A DNA stretch of 64,000 nt from NCBI GenBank assembly GCA_965223545.1, contig OZ245006.1, positions 5,792,001-5,856,000 of the forward strand. Reading direction: 5' to 3'. The DNA is from Planctomycetota bacterium (GTDB lineage Bacteria; Planctomycetota; UBA1135; UBA2386). Positions 18,968 to 28,943 of the stretch are shown one piece after another. The notes below the pieces were generated by a model, which did not search any database, was not told the DNA's origin, and worked only from the letters and a program-made list of their open reading frames with translations. A program made the translations under genes and the position numbers. The first letter of the stretch is position 1. The number at the start of each line of letters is the position of its first letter.

Positions 18968-19553
18968 GGCGACTCCGGGTCAGTGAGGCCGCCGGCGGCG
19001 CGGGGTGCTCGCGCAGCGGTTCGGTGTGGCGCAGGAGCGCGGCCCGCGCGCGTGACAGCCGCGACATCACGGTTCCCGCCGGCACCTCGAGCGCGGCCGC
19101 GATGTCGTCGTAGCTCAGCCCCTCGATCTCGCGCAGAACCAGCACGGCGCGGTGCTCCGGACTCAGCTGCTGCAGGGCGCGATCCAGCGCCTCGCGGTCC
19201 TCGGCCGCATCCAGCCCGGCCTCGGGGCCGCCGCCGTCGGCCGCCGGCTCGTGCTCGCCGAGCCGGAGCACGCGGGCCGCGTGCCGGCTCCGCCGCCGGC
19301 GGAAGTTCAGCGCGTGGTTGACGGTCAACCGGTAGACCCAAGTCGAGAACCGGCTCCGGCCGGAGAACTCGCGCGCCTTGTCCAAGATCCTCAGCAGCAC
19401 CTCTTGCATGGCGTCCTCGGCGTCGGCGGGCTGGCCGAGCAGACCGAGGCACGTCCGGTAGATGGGGTCCGCGAAGGCGTCGTGGAGCGCAGCCAGAGCG
19501 TCCACGTCGCCCCGCTTGCAGCGCGCCACTTCGGTTGCGTCGAGATCGATCAG
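18957..19553 (-). CDS. ECF RNA polymerase sigma factor
   Basis: DAEDAMQEV, FSGRSRFSTWVYRLTVN and LREIEGLSYDDIA...GTVMSRLSRAR. Start uncertain: CTG 19553 after GGAGG, or GTG 19529. Confidence 0.93.
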   Translation of the reverse strand: MIDLDATEVARCKRGDVDALAALHDAFADPIYRTCLGLLGQPADAEDAMQEVLLRILDKAREFSGRSRFSTWVYRLTVNHALNFRRRRSRHAARVLRLGEHEPAADGGGPEAGLDAAEDREALDRALQQLSPEHRAVLVLREIEGLSYDDIAAALEVPAGTVMSRLSRARAALLRHTEPLREHPAPPAASLTRSRHGM

Positions 19554-19580
19554 CGTGGTCGAGCCTCCGTCGGGCCAGCG

Positions 19581-19611
19581 TTTCGACAGCGGCGACCCTC
19601 CCGGGAATTCC
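19581..19611 (-). promoter_or_regulatory. Putative autoregulatory ECF promoter
   Basis: Minus strand reads GGAAT-N18-TGTCGAAA, just upstream of GGAGG. Confidence 0.65.
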
Positions 19612-19747
19612 AGCCGAAAGCGCAAATCCAACAGGATGCGGGATCTGCGGCCGGATGTGGTGAAATCTGCCGCGTGACCAGTTGCGAGACCTCGGGGGGC
19701 ACGGGCCCCTTCCACGCGATCGCCTCATCCCGGCCCGGGGGGCGGCG

Positions 19748-21298
19748 ATGACCAGTCCGATGGACCGTCTGGCGGCGATGCGGGAACGCTCCCTGCAGGG
19801 CGGCGGCGAGAAGCGCGTCGAAGCGCAGCACGCGCGCGGCAAGCTGACCGCCCGCGAGCGGATCGACCTGCTCGTCGACGCGGGATCGTTCACCGAGATC
19901 GACCGCTTCGTCACCCATCGCTGCCGCGACTTCGGCATGGACGCGCCCGAGAACAAGATCCTGGGCGACGGCGTGGTCACCGGCTCGGCGCGCATCGACG
20001 GCCGGCCGGTCTATCTGTTCAGTCAGGACTTCACCGTGTTCGGTGGATCGCTGTCGGAGACCCACGCCGCCAAGATCTGCAAGGTGATGGATCTGGCGAT
20101 GAAGATGGGGGTGCCGGTCATCGGGCTGAACGATTCCGGCGGCGCGCGCATCCAGGAGGGTGTGGTGTCCCTCGGCGGTTACGCCGACATCTTTCTGCGC
20201 AACACGCTGGCGTCCGGCGTGGTGCCGCAGATCAGCGCGATCATGGGGCCGTGCGCCGGCGGCGCGGTGTACTCGCCGGCGATCACCGACTTCGTGATGA
20301 TGGTCGAGGGCTCGAGCTTCTTGCACATCACCGGCCCCGACGTCGTCAAGACGGTGACCCACGAGGACGTCACCTCCGAAGAGCTCGGCGGCGCGCGCGT
20401 GCACAGCCAGGTCAGCGGCGTGGCGCACTTCACCAGCGCCGACGACGCGAGCTGCCTGCGGCTCTTGCGCGAGCTGCTGAGCTACCTGCCGCTCAACAAC
20501 GCCGAGGACCCGCCGTTCCGCGCCACCGAGGACGATCCCGACCGGCGCGAGGCCAAGCTCGACGGCATCGTGCCGGCCAACAGCAATCAGCCGTACGACA
20601 TGCGCGACGTGGTCCGCCTCATCGTCGATGACGGGCGGTTGCTCGAGGTGCAGGAGAAGTTTGCCCGCAACCTGCTGATCGGTTTCGCGCGCCTCGGCGG
20701 ACACGTCGTCGGCGTGATCGGCAACCAGCCGGCGCACCTGGCCGGCGTGCTCGACATCTCGGCTTCGCTGAAGGGCGCGCGCTTCATTCGCTTCTGCGAC
20801 GCGTTCAACATCCCCCTCGTCACCTTCGAGGACGTCCCCGGCTTCCTGCCCGGCAAGGACCAGGAGCACGGTGGCATCATCACGCACGGCGCCAAGCTGC
20901 TGTATGCCTACTGCGAAGCCACCGTGCCCAAGCTGACGGTGATCACCCGCAAGGCCTACGGCGGTGCCTACGACGTGATGTCGAGCAAGCACATCCGCGG
21001 CGACGTCAACCTGGCCTGGCCGTCGGCCGAGATCGCGGTGATGGGCGCCGAGGGCGCGGCGAAGATCGTGTTCCGCAAGGAGATCGCCGCCGCCGACGAC
21101 AAGGCGGCCGCCGAGGCCGAGCTGGTCGCCGGCTACAAGGAGAAGTTCTACAACCCGTATCTCGCGGCGGCGCGCGGCTACATCGACGACGTCATCGAGC
21201 CCAAGGAGACCCGGCCGACGCTGATCCGCGCACTCGAGCTGTGCGGTCGCAAGCGCGACCGCAACCCGGCCAAGAAGCACGGCAACATCCCCCTGTGA
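19748..21298 (+). CDS. pccB: Acyl-CoA (propionyl-CoA) carboxylase carboxyltransferase beta subunit
   Basis: [42 protein letters not shown] and KKHGNIPL. Confidence 0.95.
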   Translation: MTSPMDRLAAMRERSLQGGGEKRVEAQHARGKLTARERIDLLVDAGSFTEIDRFVTHRCRDFGMDAPENKILGDGVVTGSARIDGRPVYLFSQDFTVFGGSLSETHAAKICKVMDLAMKMGVPVIGLNDSGGARIQEGVVSLGGYADIFLRNTLASGVVPQISAIMGPCAGGAVYSPAITDFVMMVEGSSFLHITGPDVVKTVTHEDVTSEELGGARVHSQVSGVAHFTSADDASCLRLLRELLSYLPLNNAEDPPFRATEDDPDRREAKLDGIVPANSNQPYDMRDVVRLIVDDGRLLEVQEKFARNLLIGFARLGGHVVGVIGNQPAHLAGVLDISASLKGARFIRFCDAFNIPLVTFEDVPGFLPGKDQEHGGIITHGAKLLYAYCEATVPKLTVITRKAYGGAYDVMSSKHIRGDVNLAWPSAEIAVMGAEGAAKIVFRKEIAAADDKAAAEAELVAGYKEKFYNPYLAAARGYIDDVIEPKETRPTLIRALELCGRKRDRNPAKKHGNIPL

Positions 21299-21303
21299 CC
21301 GGC

Positions 21304-22815
21304 ATGTCGACTCCCTCCACCGAGGCGTCCTTTCGGCGCCTGTTGATCGCCAACCGCGGCGAGATCGCGCTGCGGGTGCAGCGCACCGCGCAGGAGCTGG
21401 GCATCGAGACGGTGGCGGTGTTCTCCGACGCCGACCGCAACGCCCTGCACGTGCGGCGCGCCGACTATGCTGCCCGCATCGGCCCGCCGGCGCCGTCGCA
21501 GAGCTATCTGCGGATCGAGGCGCTGCTCGAGGCCGCCGCGCGGCACGACTGCGACGCCGTCCACCCCGGCTACGGCTTCCTCGCCGAGAACGCGCCGTTT
21601 GCCCGCGCCTGCGCCGACGCCGGCATCACCTTCATCGGCCCGCCGCCGCGCGCGATCGAGCTGATGGGTGACAAGGTCGCGGCGCGCCGCGTCGCCGCCG
21701 AGGCGGGCGTGCCACTGGTGCCCGGCCTCAAGGACGAGGTGCGGGACGCCAGCGCGCTGCTCGAGGCCGCCGCCGGCATCGGCTATCCGGTGATGCTCAA
21801 GGCGGCCGCCGGGGGTGGTGGCAAGGGCATCCGCATCGTCGAGCGCGAGGCCGACCTCGCGGCGGCGATGCGCATGGCGCAGGCCGAGGCGGAGAGCGCG
21901 TTCGGCGACGGCCGCGTCTACCTCGAGAAGCTGCTGGTGCGCCCGCGCCACGTCGAGATCCAGGTCATGGTCGATCGGGAAGGCAACGCGGTGCACTACG
22001 GCGAGCGCGAGTGCTCGGTGCAGCGCCGCCACCAAAAGCTGGTCGAAGAATCGCCTTGCCCGGTCCTGAGCCCGGAGATGCGCGCGCGCATGGGCGAGGC
22101 CGCATGCCAGCTCGCGCTGGCGGTGGGCTACGAAGGCGCCGGCACGGTGGAGTTCTTGTTGTCCGGCGGCGAGTTCTACTTCTTGGAGATGAACACGCGC
22201 CTGCAGGTTGAGCACCCGGTCACCGAGATGTGCTACGGCGTCGATCTCGTGCGCGAGCAGATCCGCGTCGCCGCCGGTGCTCGGGCGGCGCCGGCGCCCG
22301 AGCCGCACGGCCACGCCATCGAAATCCGGCTCAACGCGGAGGACCCGGACACGTTCTTTCCGTCGCTGGGCCGCATCGTCCGGCTCAATCTCCCCGGTGG
22401 CCCCGGTGTGCGCATCGACGCAGCACTCTACCGCGGCCTCGAGGTCACGCCGCACTACGACAGCATGCTCGGCAAGCTGATCGTGCACGCCGCCGACCGC
22501 GAGCAGGCGATCGCCCGCGCCGAGCGCGCGCTGCGCGAGCTGCGCATCGTCGGCGTCGCCACATCGGTGCCGGTGGCGCTGGACGTGCTGCGCAGCGAGG
22601 CGTTCCGCTCCGGCGACTACGACACCGGCATCGCGGCCGGGCTGGACCGGACCATGGACGAGCGCGACGCCGAGCTGGTCTCGCTGGCCGCCGCCGTCGC
22701 CCGCTTCCGAGGTGCCGAGCGCACCGTCGAGTCGGGTGCCACCCACCAGCCCGGCTCTGCGCACCCGTGGCGGCTGATCGATCGGTTGGAGCGGCTGGGA
22801 GGACGGCTGCGATGA
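21304..22815 (+). CDS. accC: Biotin carboxylase subunit of acyl-CoA carboxylase
   Basis: IANRGEIA, HPGYGFLAEN, GGGGKG, RECSVQRRHQK and EMNTRLQVEHPVTE. Confidence 0.93.
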   Translation: MSTPSTEASFRRLLIANRGEIALRVQRTAQELGIETVAVFSDADRNALHVRRADYAARIGPPAPSQSYLRIEALLEAAARHDCDAVHPGYGFLAENAPFARACADAGITFIGPPPRAIELMGDKVAARRVAAEAGVPLVPGLKDEVRDASALLEAAAGIGYPVMLKAAAGGGGKGIRIVEREADLAAAMRMAQAEAESAFGDGRVYLEKLLVRPRHVEIQVMVDREGNAVHYGERECSVQRRHQKLVEESPCPVLSPEMRARMGEAACQLALAVGYEGAGTVEFLLSGGEFYFLEMNTRLQVEHPVTEMCYGVDLVREQIRVAAGARAAPAPEPHGHAIEIRLNAEDPDTFFPSLGRIVRLNLPGGPGVRIDAALYRGLEVTPHYDSMLGKLIVHAADREQAIARAERALRELRIVGVATSVPVALDVLRSEAFRSGDYDTGIAAGLDRTMDERDAELVSLAAAVARFRGAERTVESGATHQPGSAHPWRLIDRLERLGGRLR

Positions 22816-23327
22816 AGTACTTCACGCGAATCGGTGGCGTCGAGCGCAGCTACGAGCTGCGCCGGCGCGGCGCGGTGATCCTGGTGCGCTGCGGCGACCG
22901 CGAGCACGAGGTCGACGTGTCGATGATCGGCGACGGCTCGGCGGTGTCTCTCTTGGTCGACGGCCGCTCCCACGACTGCGTGATCGAGACGGTCGACGGC
23001 GGCCTGGTCGTGCAGTACCGCGGCGCGCGCACGCCGGTCGAGGTGCTCGACGAGCGCGAGCGCGCGGCGGTCGACGTCTCCGGTGCCCGTCAGTCGGCGG
23101 TGCAGGAGGTCGTCGCGGTGATGCCCGGCGTGGTCGTCGAGCTGATGGTCGCCGAGGGCGACACCGTCGAGGCCGGTCAGGTGCTGGCCGTCCTCGAGGC
23201 GATGAAGATGCAGAACCCACTGCAGGCCGAGGCCGGCGGCGTGGTCACGCACGTGGCCGTTGCCGCGGGGGATGCGGTGGCGGGTGGGGCGCTGCTGCTG
23301 CGGATCGAGCCGCCGGCGTCCGCGTGA
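22812..23327 (+). CDS. Biotin carboxyl carrier protein with N-terminal BT-like segment
   Basis: MPGVVV and the EAMKM biotinylation motif; ATGA overlap. Confidence 0.92.
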   Translation: MKYFTRIGGVERSYELRRRGAVILVRCGDREHEVDVSMIGDGSAVSLLVDGRSHDCVIETVDGGLVVQYRGARTPVEVLDERERAAVDVSGARQSAVQEVVAVMPGVVVELMVAEGDTVEAGQVLAVLEAMKMQNPLQAEAGGVVTHVAVAAGDAVAGGALLLRIEPPASA

Positions 23328-23349
23328 CTGGGGCTGCCCCTGGTTTTTT
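23327..23349 (+). terminator. Weak intrinsic terminator after the carboxylase operon
   Basis: GGGG-CTG-CCCC stem followed by TGG and TTTTTT. Confidence 0.4.
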
Positions 23350-23376
23350 GCGCGCGAAAGCGCTGGTTGCGCGGGA

Positions 23377-25110
23377 ATGCGGGTGATGCGCACCTTCGTC
23401 TTCACCGCATTCGTCGTGGCCGGGCTCGGCGGGCTCGTCGCGGCGCAATCCGGCAACAACGTGTTGATCGTCGTCGCCGACGACCTCGGCGTCGATCACG
23501 TCCGAGTCTACGGCGAGGGCACGACCACGCCGGCGACGACCAACCTCGACGCCCTCGCCGGGCGCGGGGTGCTGTTCCGCAACGCGTGGGCCTACCCGAC
23601 GTGCTCGCCGACGCGCGCCGCGCTGAACACCGGGCGCCATCCCTTCCGCACCGGCGTCGGCAGCCCCGGGGCCCAGTTGGCGACCAACGAGTTCACCGTC
23701 CCCGAGGTGCTGGACGCGCAGAGCTCGGGCTACGCGCACGCCTGGATCGGCAAGTGGCACCTGGGATCCAATCGCGCGACGGCGCACCCGACCGACGCCG
23801 GCTGGTCGCACTTCACCGGTTTGCTCGGCGGCGGTGTTCCCGACTACTACCGCTGGCCGCGCGTCGCCAACGGCGTCAGCAGCATCTCGACGACGTACTC
23901 CACGACCCAGATCGTCGACGACGCGCTCGCGTGGATCCAACAACAGCAAACGCCGTGGCTGTGCGTCGTCGCGTTCAACGCCCCGCACACTCCGTACCAC
24001 AGTCCCCCGGCGCATCTCCACTCGCAGGTGCTCGCCGGTCTCGACCCGAGCACCACTCCTTTCCCGTTCTATCAGGCCGCGGTGGAGGCGATGGATGCCG
24101 AGATTGGCCGATTGTTCGCGACCCTCGGAACCGTGATGGACTCGACCAACGTGGTCTTCCTCGGCGACAACGGCACACCCCGGCAGGTCTCTCGGGCGCC
24201 GTTCTCGCCGCGGCACGCCAAGGGCACTGCGTACGAGGGCGGCGCCGGTGTGCCGTTCATCGTCGCCGGACCCGTGGTCGTCGGCGGAGGGCGCGAAGTC
24301 TCGGCGCTGGTCTCGGCCGTCGATCTGCCGGCCGCGATCGGCGCGCTGGCGGGCGTCGACCACCGTACGCCCCTGGTCATGAGCGACTCGGTCAGCTTCG
24401 TGCCCTACTTGACCGACCCCGCGCAGGCGCCGTTGCGTGCCGCGCTCTACACCGAGTCGTTCTCCAACGGTGCCAATCCATCAACCGACGGCTTCGCCGC
24501 CGCGCGCGACTCGAGCTACAAGCTGATCCAGCGCCTCGCGCCGACGGGGGTTACCGAGGAGGTGTACGACCTGGTCCAGGATCCGTTCGAGACGCGCAAC
24601 TTGGTGTCGCTCGGGCTGGGCGCCGCCGCGCAGAGCGCGCGGGATCGGCTTGCCGCCCACATCGCCGCGGTGCGCGACACGACCGGTCGTTTCGAGAGCT
24701 ATGGGAGCACCGCGTGCGCTGGCACTGGCGGCATCCCACAGCTCGTCGGTACCGGCACTCCGCGCGCCGGCGGCAGCTACGGTCTCACGCTCACCCGCGG
24801 CGCCGCGGGTCAGCCGGCGCTGTTCGCCATCGGCGCTTTCGACGACGTCTTTCTGGGGCTTCCGCTGCCGTTTGATCTGGCCCGGATCGGCGGCGGACCC
24901 GGATGTCTGCTCTGGTCCTCGGCGGAAGCGCATCTGGTCGTCCCCACCGACGCTGCCGGCTCCGCCTCGGTGTCGGTGGTGATCCCGGCGCTGGCCGTCG
25001 CCGTCGGCGGCGCGGTGCACCACACGGCGCTGGTCGTCGATCCGTTCGCGCAGCAGAACCCAGCTGGCTTGACCGCGACGGCCGGGGTGCGGGCGATCCT
25101 CGGCCGGTGA
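23377..25110 (+). CDS. Secreted Cys-type (formylglycine) sulfatase with C-terminal beta domain
   Basis: Signal peptide, VADDLG, CSPTRAALNTGR, GKWHLG, GDNG and KGTAYEGG. Confidence 0.92.
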   Translation: MRVMRTFVFTAFVVAGLGGLVAAQSGNNVLIVVADDLGVDHVRVYGEGTTTPATTNLDALAGRGVLFRNAWAYPTCSPTRAALNTGRHPFRTGVGSPGAQLATNEFTVPEVLDAQSSGYAHAWIGKWHLGSNRATAHPTDAGWSHFTGLLGGGVPDYYRWPRVANGVSSISTTYSTTQIVDDALAWIQQQQTPWLCVVAFNAPHTPYHSPPAHLHSQVLAGLDPSTTPFPFYQAAVEAMDAEIGRLFATLGTVMDSTNVVFLGDNGTPRQVSRAPFSPRHAKGTAYEGGAGVPFIVAGPVVVGGGREVSALVSAVDLPAAIGALAGVDHRTPLVMSDSVSFVPYLTDPAQAPLRAALYTESFSNGANPSTDGFAAARDSSYKLIQRLAPTGVTEEVYDLVQDPFETRNLVSLGLGAAAQSARDRLAAHIAAVRDTTGRFESYGSTACAGTGGIPQLVGTGTPRAGGSYGLTLTRGAAGQPALFAIGAFDDVFLGLPLPFDLARIGGGPGCLLWSSAEAHLVVPTDAAGSASVSVVIPALAVAVGGAVHHTALVVDPFAQQNPAGLTATAGVRAILGR

Positions 25111-25158
25111 GTCTGCGCGGGCAGCCCGCCCAGGATGCGGTCCCTCGGCTCGCAAGAG

Positions 25159-26217
25159 TCACGGCGCGATCGGTTGTCCACCCACGCTCCCCGCCAGCAG
25201 CTGGGAGGCGACACCGAACATCTCGACTTCTACCGGGCCCACGCCGCGCGCCAGCGACAGGGCGCAGTCGATCGTTCGCGACTGCCCCCGGCTGTCGACT
25301 TGCTGCAGTCGCATGCGCAGGACCAGCAAGCCGTCGAACGTGCCGAGCGGCGTGGTCGTCGACGCTCGGAACTCGGGCGTGATCCGCAGGCGGGCCGTGC
25401 CGGTGTAGTTCTGCGCGGTGCTGCCGTAGGGCTCGAACCCCTTTAGCGTGTAAGCCGCTTCGATGGGTTGGCCGAGGGTGACCGCGGGTGGCGCGAACGG
25501 CACCGCTGCGTGCACCTCTTGATAGCCCGATCCACCGGTGGTCGTGCGCACGCCTCGCATGCCGCTGCCGCCGTTGGTGAGTTCGAGGTAGAACGCCAGG
25601 TCCTCGCGCGGGCGCTCGAACGCTAGAACCACCAGGGTTTCGCCGGGGAAGTTGGGCTCGTCGGTGACCTCGACGGCGGTCACGGTCAGGTCGTTGTCCA
25701 GCTCCCAGCGGTTGCCGTCCTGAAGGGGGAGTAACTCGGAAGTGGGGACGCCGCCGAAGAGGCGTTCGCCGACCCACGCGGTGACCGGCTCCGATATGGC
25801 TGCGGTCGCGCTCGGCTCGCTCGCGGCGGCGGTCGTGTCGAGCTCGATGACGCCGCTCGGGCCCCGCGCCAGCAGTACTGGCGGCGAGCCGGCGCGCGCG
25901 TTCTCGTCGAACGGCAGCGTCAGCAGCAAGGGCTGCAACAGTTGCAGGTTGCCCGGCCGGAGCTCGATCGCGGGCCCGATGGCGACGAAGCCGGGATGGG
26001 CGATGGGGCGGGCCTCGGCGATCGAGATGCGTTGCGGCCGCGCCAGGGCCCCCTCGGGGAACTCTGCGACGGTGCCGGCGAGCGGTCCCTCGCTGATCGA
26101 CAGCATGCCGCCGCTCGGTCCGATGCCGAGCTCTTCGGCCGTCGTGCCTGTCGACCCGTCGGTGCACGCCAGCGGCAAGAAGAGGAGGAGGAGTCGCAGA
26201 GGTGTTCGCTTGCGCAT
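25159..26217 (-). CDS. Lipoprotein with ZU5-like N-terminal domain
   Basis: Lipobox LPLAC, then IGPSGG....FPEGAL...IGPAIELRP...LTLPF. Confidence 0.7.
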   Translation of the reverse strand: MRKRTPLRLLLLFLPLACTDGSTGTTAEELGIGPSGGMLSISEGPLAGTVAEFPEGALARPQRISIAEARPIAHPGFVAIGPAIELRPGNLQLLQPLLLTLPFDENARAGSPPVLLARGPSGVIELDTTAAASEPSATAAISEPVTAWVGERLFGGVPTSELLPLQDGNRWELDNDLTVTAVEVTDEPNFPGETLVVLAFERPREDLAFYLELTNGGSGMRGVRTTTGGSGYQEVHAAVPFAPPAVTLGQPIEAAYTLKGFEPYGSTAQNYTGTARLRITPEFRASTTTPLGTFDGLLVLRMRLQQVDSRGQSRTIDCALSLARGVGPVEVEMFGVASQLLAGSVGGQPIAP

Positions 26218-26437
26218 GGGGCTTGGTGGGTGAACGACTCCACCAATGCACCGGGTCGGACCCGTTCCACTCAACCGCGGAGTCGGTTAAGAAGCCATGA
26301 AGCGGGGGCGTGCGTTCGATGCGGGGCGTGTGAACGACCTGCCAAGTCGGCGTCAAGTGTTGAGACCACCGGATCGGAGGCCTGCTGGATTGGTTATGGA
26401 GCAGGCAGACCAGAGTCGATTTCGCATCGAACCGAAC

Positions 26438-28807
26438 ATGTCTCCACTGAACTCACGGTTTCTGATCACTGTCCTGCTTCTGCCCGCCGCAGCTGCGCAG
26501 GCACCGCATTCCATTCACCCGCTGTCGACGACGGGCGTCGCCGGCGGAGTCGCCGAGATCGTCGACGCGACGGACGACGGGCGGACGCTCGTCTACACCG
26601 ATTCTGGCGCTGGTGCGCTCGGTGTCGTCGACCTGTCCGATCCCGCGGCGCCCGTGCAGCTGGCCAGCTTGCCGGTCGCCGGCGAGCCGACCAGCGTCGC
26701 GGTGTGCGGTCGCTGGGCCCTCGCGACTGTTTGGACCGACAAGCCGACCCACGGCGGCGCACCGCCGGCCTTCCTGCCCGGCGAGCTGGCGGTCGTCGAC
26801 CTCGTGGATCCGCGCGCGCCGGTGATCACCGGCACCGTCGACATCGGCTATCACCCGGACAGTCTGCGCGCGACTGTCATCGGCAATCAGCTGATCGCCG
26901 TGGTTGCCATCGAAAACGAGCCGGTGGTGGTGCAGGGCGGACTGGTCATCGACGAGGATCGCCCCGGCAGCCCTGACGACGTCTCGCCCCCGGGCCTGAT
27001 CCAGATCGTGGTCCTGGATCCTGTGTCGCCCGGGCGGTCGGTGGTCATCGACCTGCCGCTGCCGGCGGCGAGGCTGGCTGCGGCCGGGCTGCTGTACCCC
27101 TCGGATCCGCAGCCGGAGTTCGTTGCCCTTCACGGCACGACCGCGGCAATCTCATTGCAGGAGAACAACGGGATCGCGGTCGTCGACCTGCAGGATCCCC
27201 ACAACCCGATTCTGGCGCGCGTGTTCGGTCTCGGTGTCGCGGCCAGCCGCGATGCCGACCTGACCGAAGACGACGACATCCGATTCATCGAGCGCTATCC
27301 GGACGCGATCGGCGTCAGCAAGCCGGCGCCGTTGGATGGCGGCGGCAACCCTGTGCCGGGAGGCGTGCGCTTCCCCGATGCGATCGCCTTCACGCCAGAC
27401 GGCAATGCGTTGCTCAGCGCCGACGAAGGCGAGCTGAATTTCACCGGTGGTCGTGGCTTCAGCGTTTGGAGTCTCGATGGCAGCTTGATCTGGAGTGACG
27501 TCGGACTCCTGGAGCGCGTTGCCGTCGTGTTCGGCCACTACCCCGAGGGTCGCTCCGAGAACAAGGGAATCGAGATCGAGGGCATTGCGACGTCGCGCGT
27601 CTCGGGGCGTGACTACGCCCTGGTGCTGTCCGAGCGCGGCTCGTTCATGGCCGTGTTCGGCATCGATGACCCGGCGGCGCCGCGCTTGCTGCAGGTCCTG
27701 CCGACCGGCGTCTCGCCGGAGGGCATCGCCTTCCTGCCGCAGCGAGACTTGCTCGTCACCGCCGACGAGGTTTCCGGAACCCTAAGCGTGTTTGGCGCCC
27801 TTCGTGGCCGGTACCGCCCCGACCGCGATCAACCGCAGCTGTTCTCTGCCGACGGCACGCCGTGGGCTGCGTTGTCCGGCCTCGCCGCGGCGGGGTTGGC
27901 GGACACGTTCTGGGCGGTGCCGGACAACGCGTTGCCCACCTCGATCTACGCGGTGGTCGCCGGCGGACATTATGCGCCGGTGCTCCGCTACCGCGCCGTG
28001 CGCCGCAATGGCAAGCAGGCGCGCTACGACGGCGAAGGCATCGCGGTCGACACCTCGATCCTGGCTGCCGGCGGGCATCCCCTCAACCGGGGGTGGTGGC
28101 TGGCGAGCGAAGGCGACGCGCAATCGGCGCCGAACCTCTTTGTGCAGGTCGATCCGAGCGGCGCTGTCGTGCGCGAGATCCAGCTGCCGGCACACATCGA
28201 TCCGGCCTCCGATCCAGCGCTCGGTGGCGCGGCGGTCGGCCCCGCCGGCGGTCAGACCATCCGCAGCAACGGGTTCGAGGGTTGCGCGGTGTCGGCAGAT
28301 GGTCGCTACCTGCTGGCCTGTATCCAGCGGGACTTCGTCGACGAGTTCCCGACCGGCAATCGCTACGCGCGGATCGCGCGCTACGACCTGCGGCAGATCG
28401 CCCGCGGCACGGCGCCTTCCAGCGGGCTGCGCTTCGGCGGCGACTGGGAGTTCTTCTACGTGCCGCTGGACTCCAACGACCCGACCAACTGGGCCGGGTT
28501 GTCGGAGGTCACGGTGCTCGGCGCCGATCGATACGCCGTTCTCGAGCGCGACAAGGAGCTGGGGCTCGCGAGCCAGCTCAAGCGCGTCTACTCCTTTTCC
28601 CTGCAAGGGCTGACGCCGGATGTCGATGGCTTGCCGGACGCGAGCGACACGGTCGGCAAGTCGCTGCTGCGCGAACTGCTGCCCCTCTTCTTCCCGTACG
28701 AGAAGGTCGAGGGGATGGCCTTGACCGGCCGAGGCGAACTCTGGGTGGGGCTCGACAACGACGGTGGCGAGGTCGAACCGCGCTTGGTCAACACCGGAAG
28801 GCTCTGA
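26438..28807 (+). CDS. Secreted beta-propeller + 'esterase-like activity of phytase' family protein
   Basis: GEPTSVA, QPEFV, SLQENNGI, PDAIAF, ADEGE, GRSENKGIEIEG, LSGL, DGEGIA, NGFEG and KVEG...DNDG. Confidence 0.82.
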   Translation: MSPLNSRFLITVLLLPAAAAQAPHSIHPLSTTGVAGGVAEIVDATDDGRTLVYTDSGAGALGVVDLSDPAAPVQLASLPVAGEPTSVAVCGRWALATVWTDKPTHGGAPPAFLPGELAVVDLVDPRAPVITGTVDIGYHPDSLRATVIGNQLIAVVAIENEPVVVQGGLVIDEDRPGSPDDVSPPGLIQIVVLDPVSPGRSVVIDLPLPAARLAAAGLLYPSDPQPEFVALHGTTAAISLQENNGIAVVDLQDPHNPILARVFGLGVAASRDADLTEDDDIRFIERYPDAIGVSKPAPLDGGGNPVPGGVRFPDAIAFTPDGNALLSADEGELNFTGGRGFSVWSLDGSLIWSDVGLLERVAVVFGHYPEGRSENKGIEIEGIATSRVSGRDYALVLSERGSFMAVFGIDDPAAPRLLQVLPTGVSPEGIAFLPQRDLLVTADEVSGTLSVFGALRGRYRPDRDQPQLFSADGTPWAALSGLAAAGLADTFWAVPDNALPTSIYAVVAGGHYAPVLRYRAVRRNGKQARYDGEGIAVDTSILAAGGHPLNRGWWLASEGDAQSAPNLFVQVDPSGAVVREIQLPAHIDPASDPALGGAAVGPAGGQTIRSNGFEGCAVSADGRYLLACIQRDFVDEFPTGNRYARIARYDLRQIARGTAPSSGLRFGGDWEFFYVPLDSNDPTNWAGLSEVTVLGADRYAVLERDKELGLASQLKRVYSFSLQGLTPDVDGLPDASDTVGKSLLRELLPLFFPYEKVEGMALTGRGELWVGLDNDGGEVEPRLVNTGRL

Positions 28808-28846
28808 GCGTCGCCGCCGGCTCCCGCCCTGGCTGGTTTCCAAGAA

Positions 28847-28877
28847 GGCGAGGGCAAGTGTAGACTCCGCCCTCGCC
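28847..28877. terminator. 9-bp inverted repeat downstream of the phytase-like gene
   Basis: GGCGAGGGC-N13-GCCCTCGCC with no clear U tract. Confidence 0.3.
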
Positions 28878-28943
28878 ATTCCCGAGCCTCTCGCATTCCC
28901 CGGAAAGAGCGCGTCCCCGCGCGGCACGGGAAGCGGTGACGGG

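Noticed and set aside
19748..23327. Carboxylase operon as a sign of autotrophic carbon fixation
   Set aside because: It is an ordinary acyl-CoA carboxylase arrangement with no other pathway genes in the window.
26225..26345. GTGAACGAC repeated twice in the divergent intergenic region
   Set aside because: A 9-mer about 100 bp apart is too weak to call a binding site.
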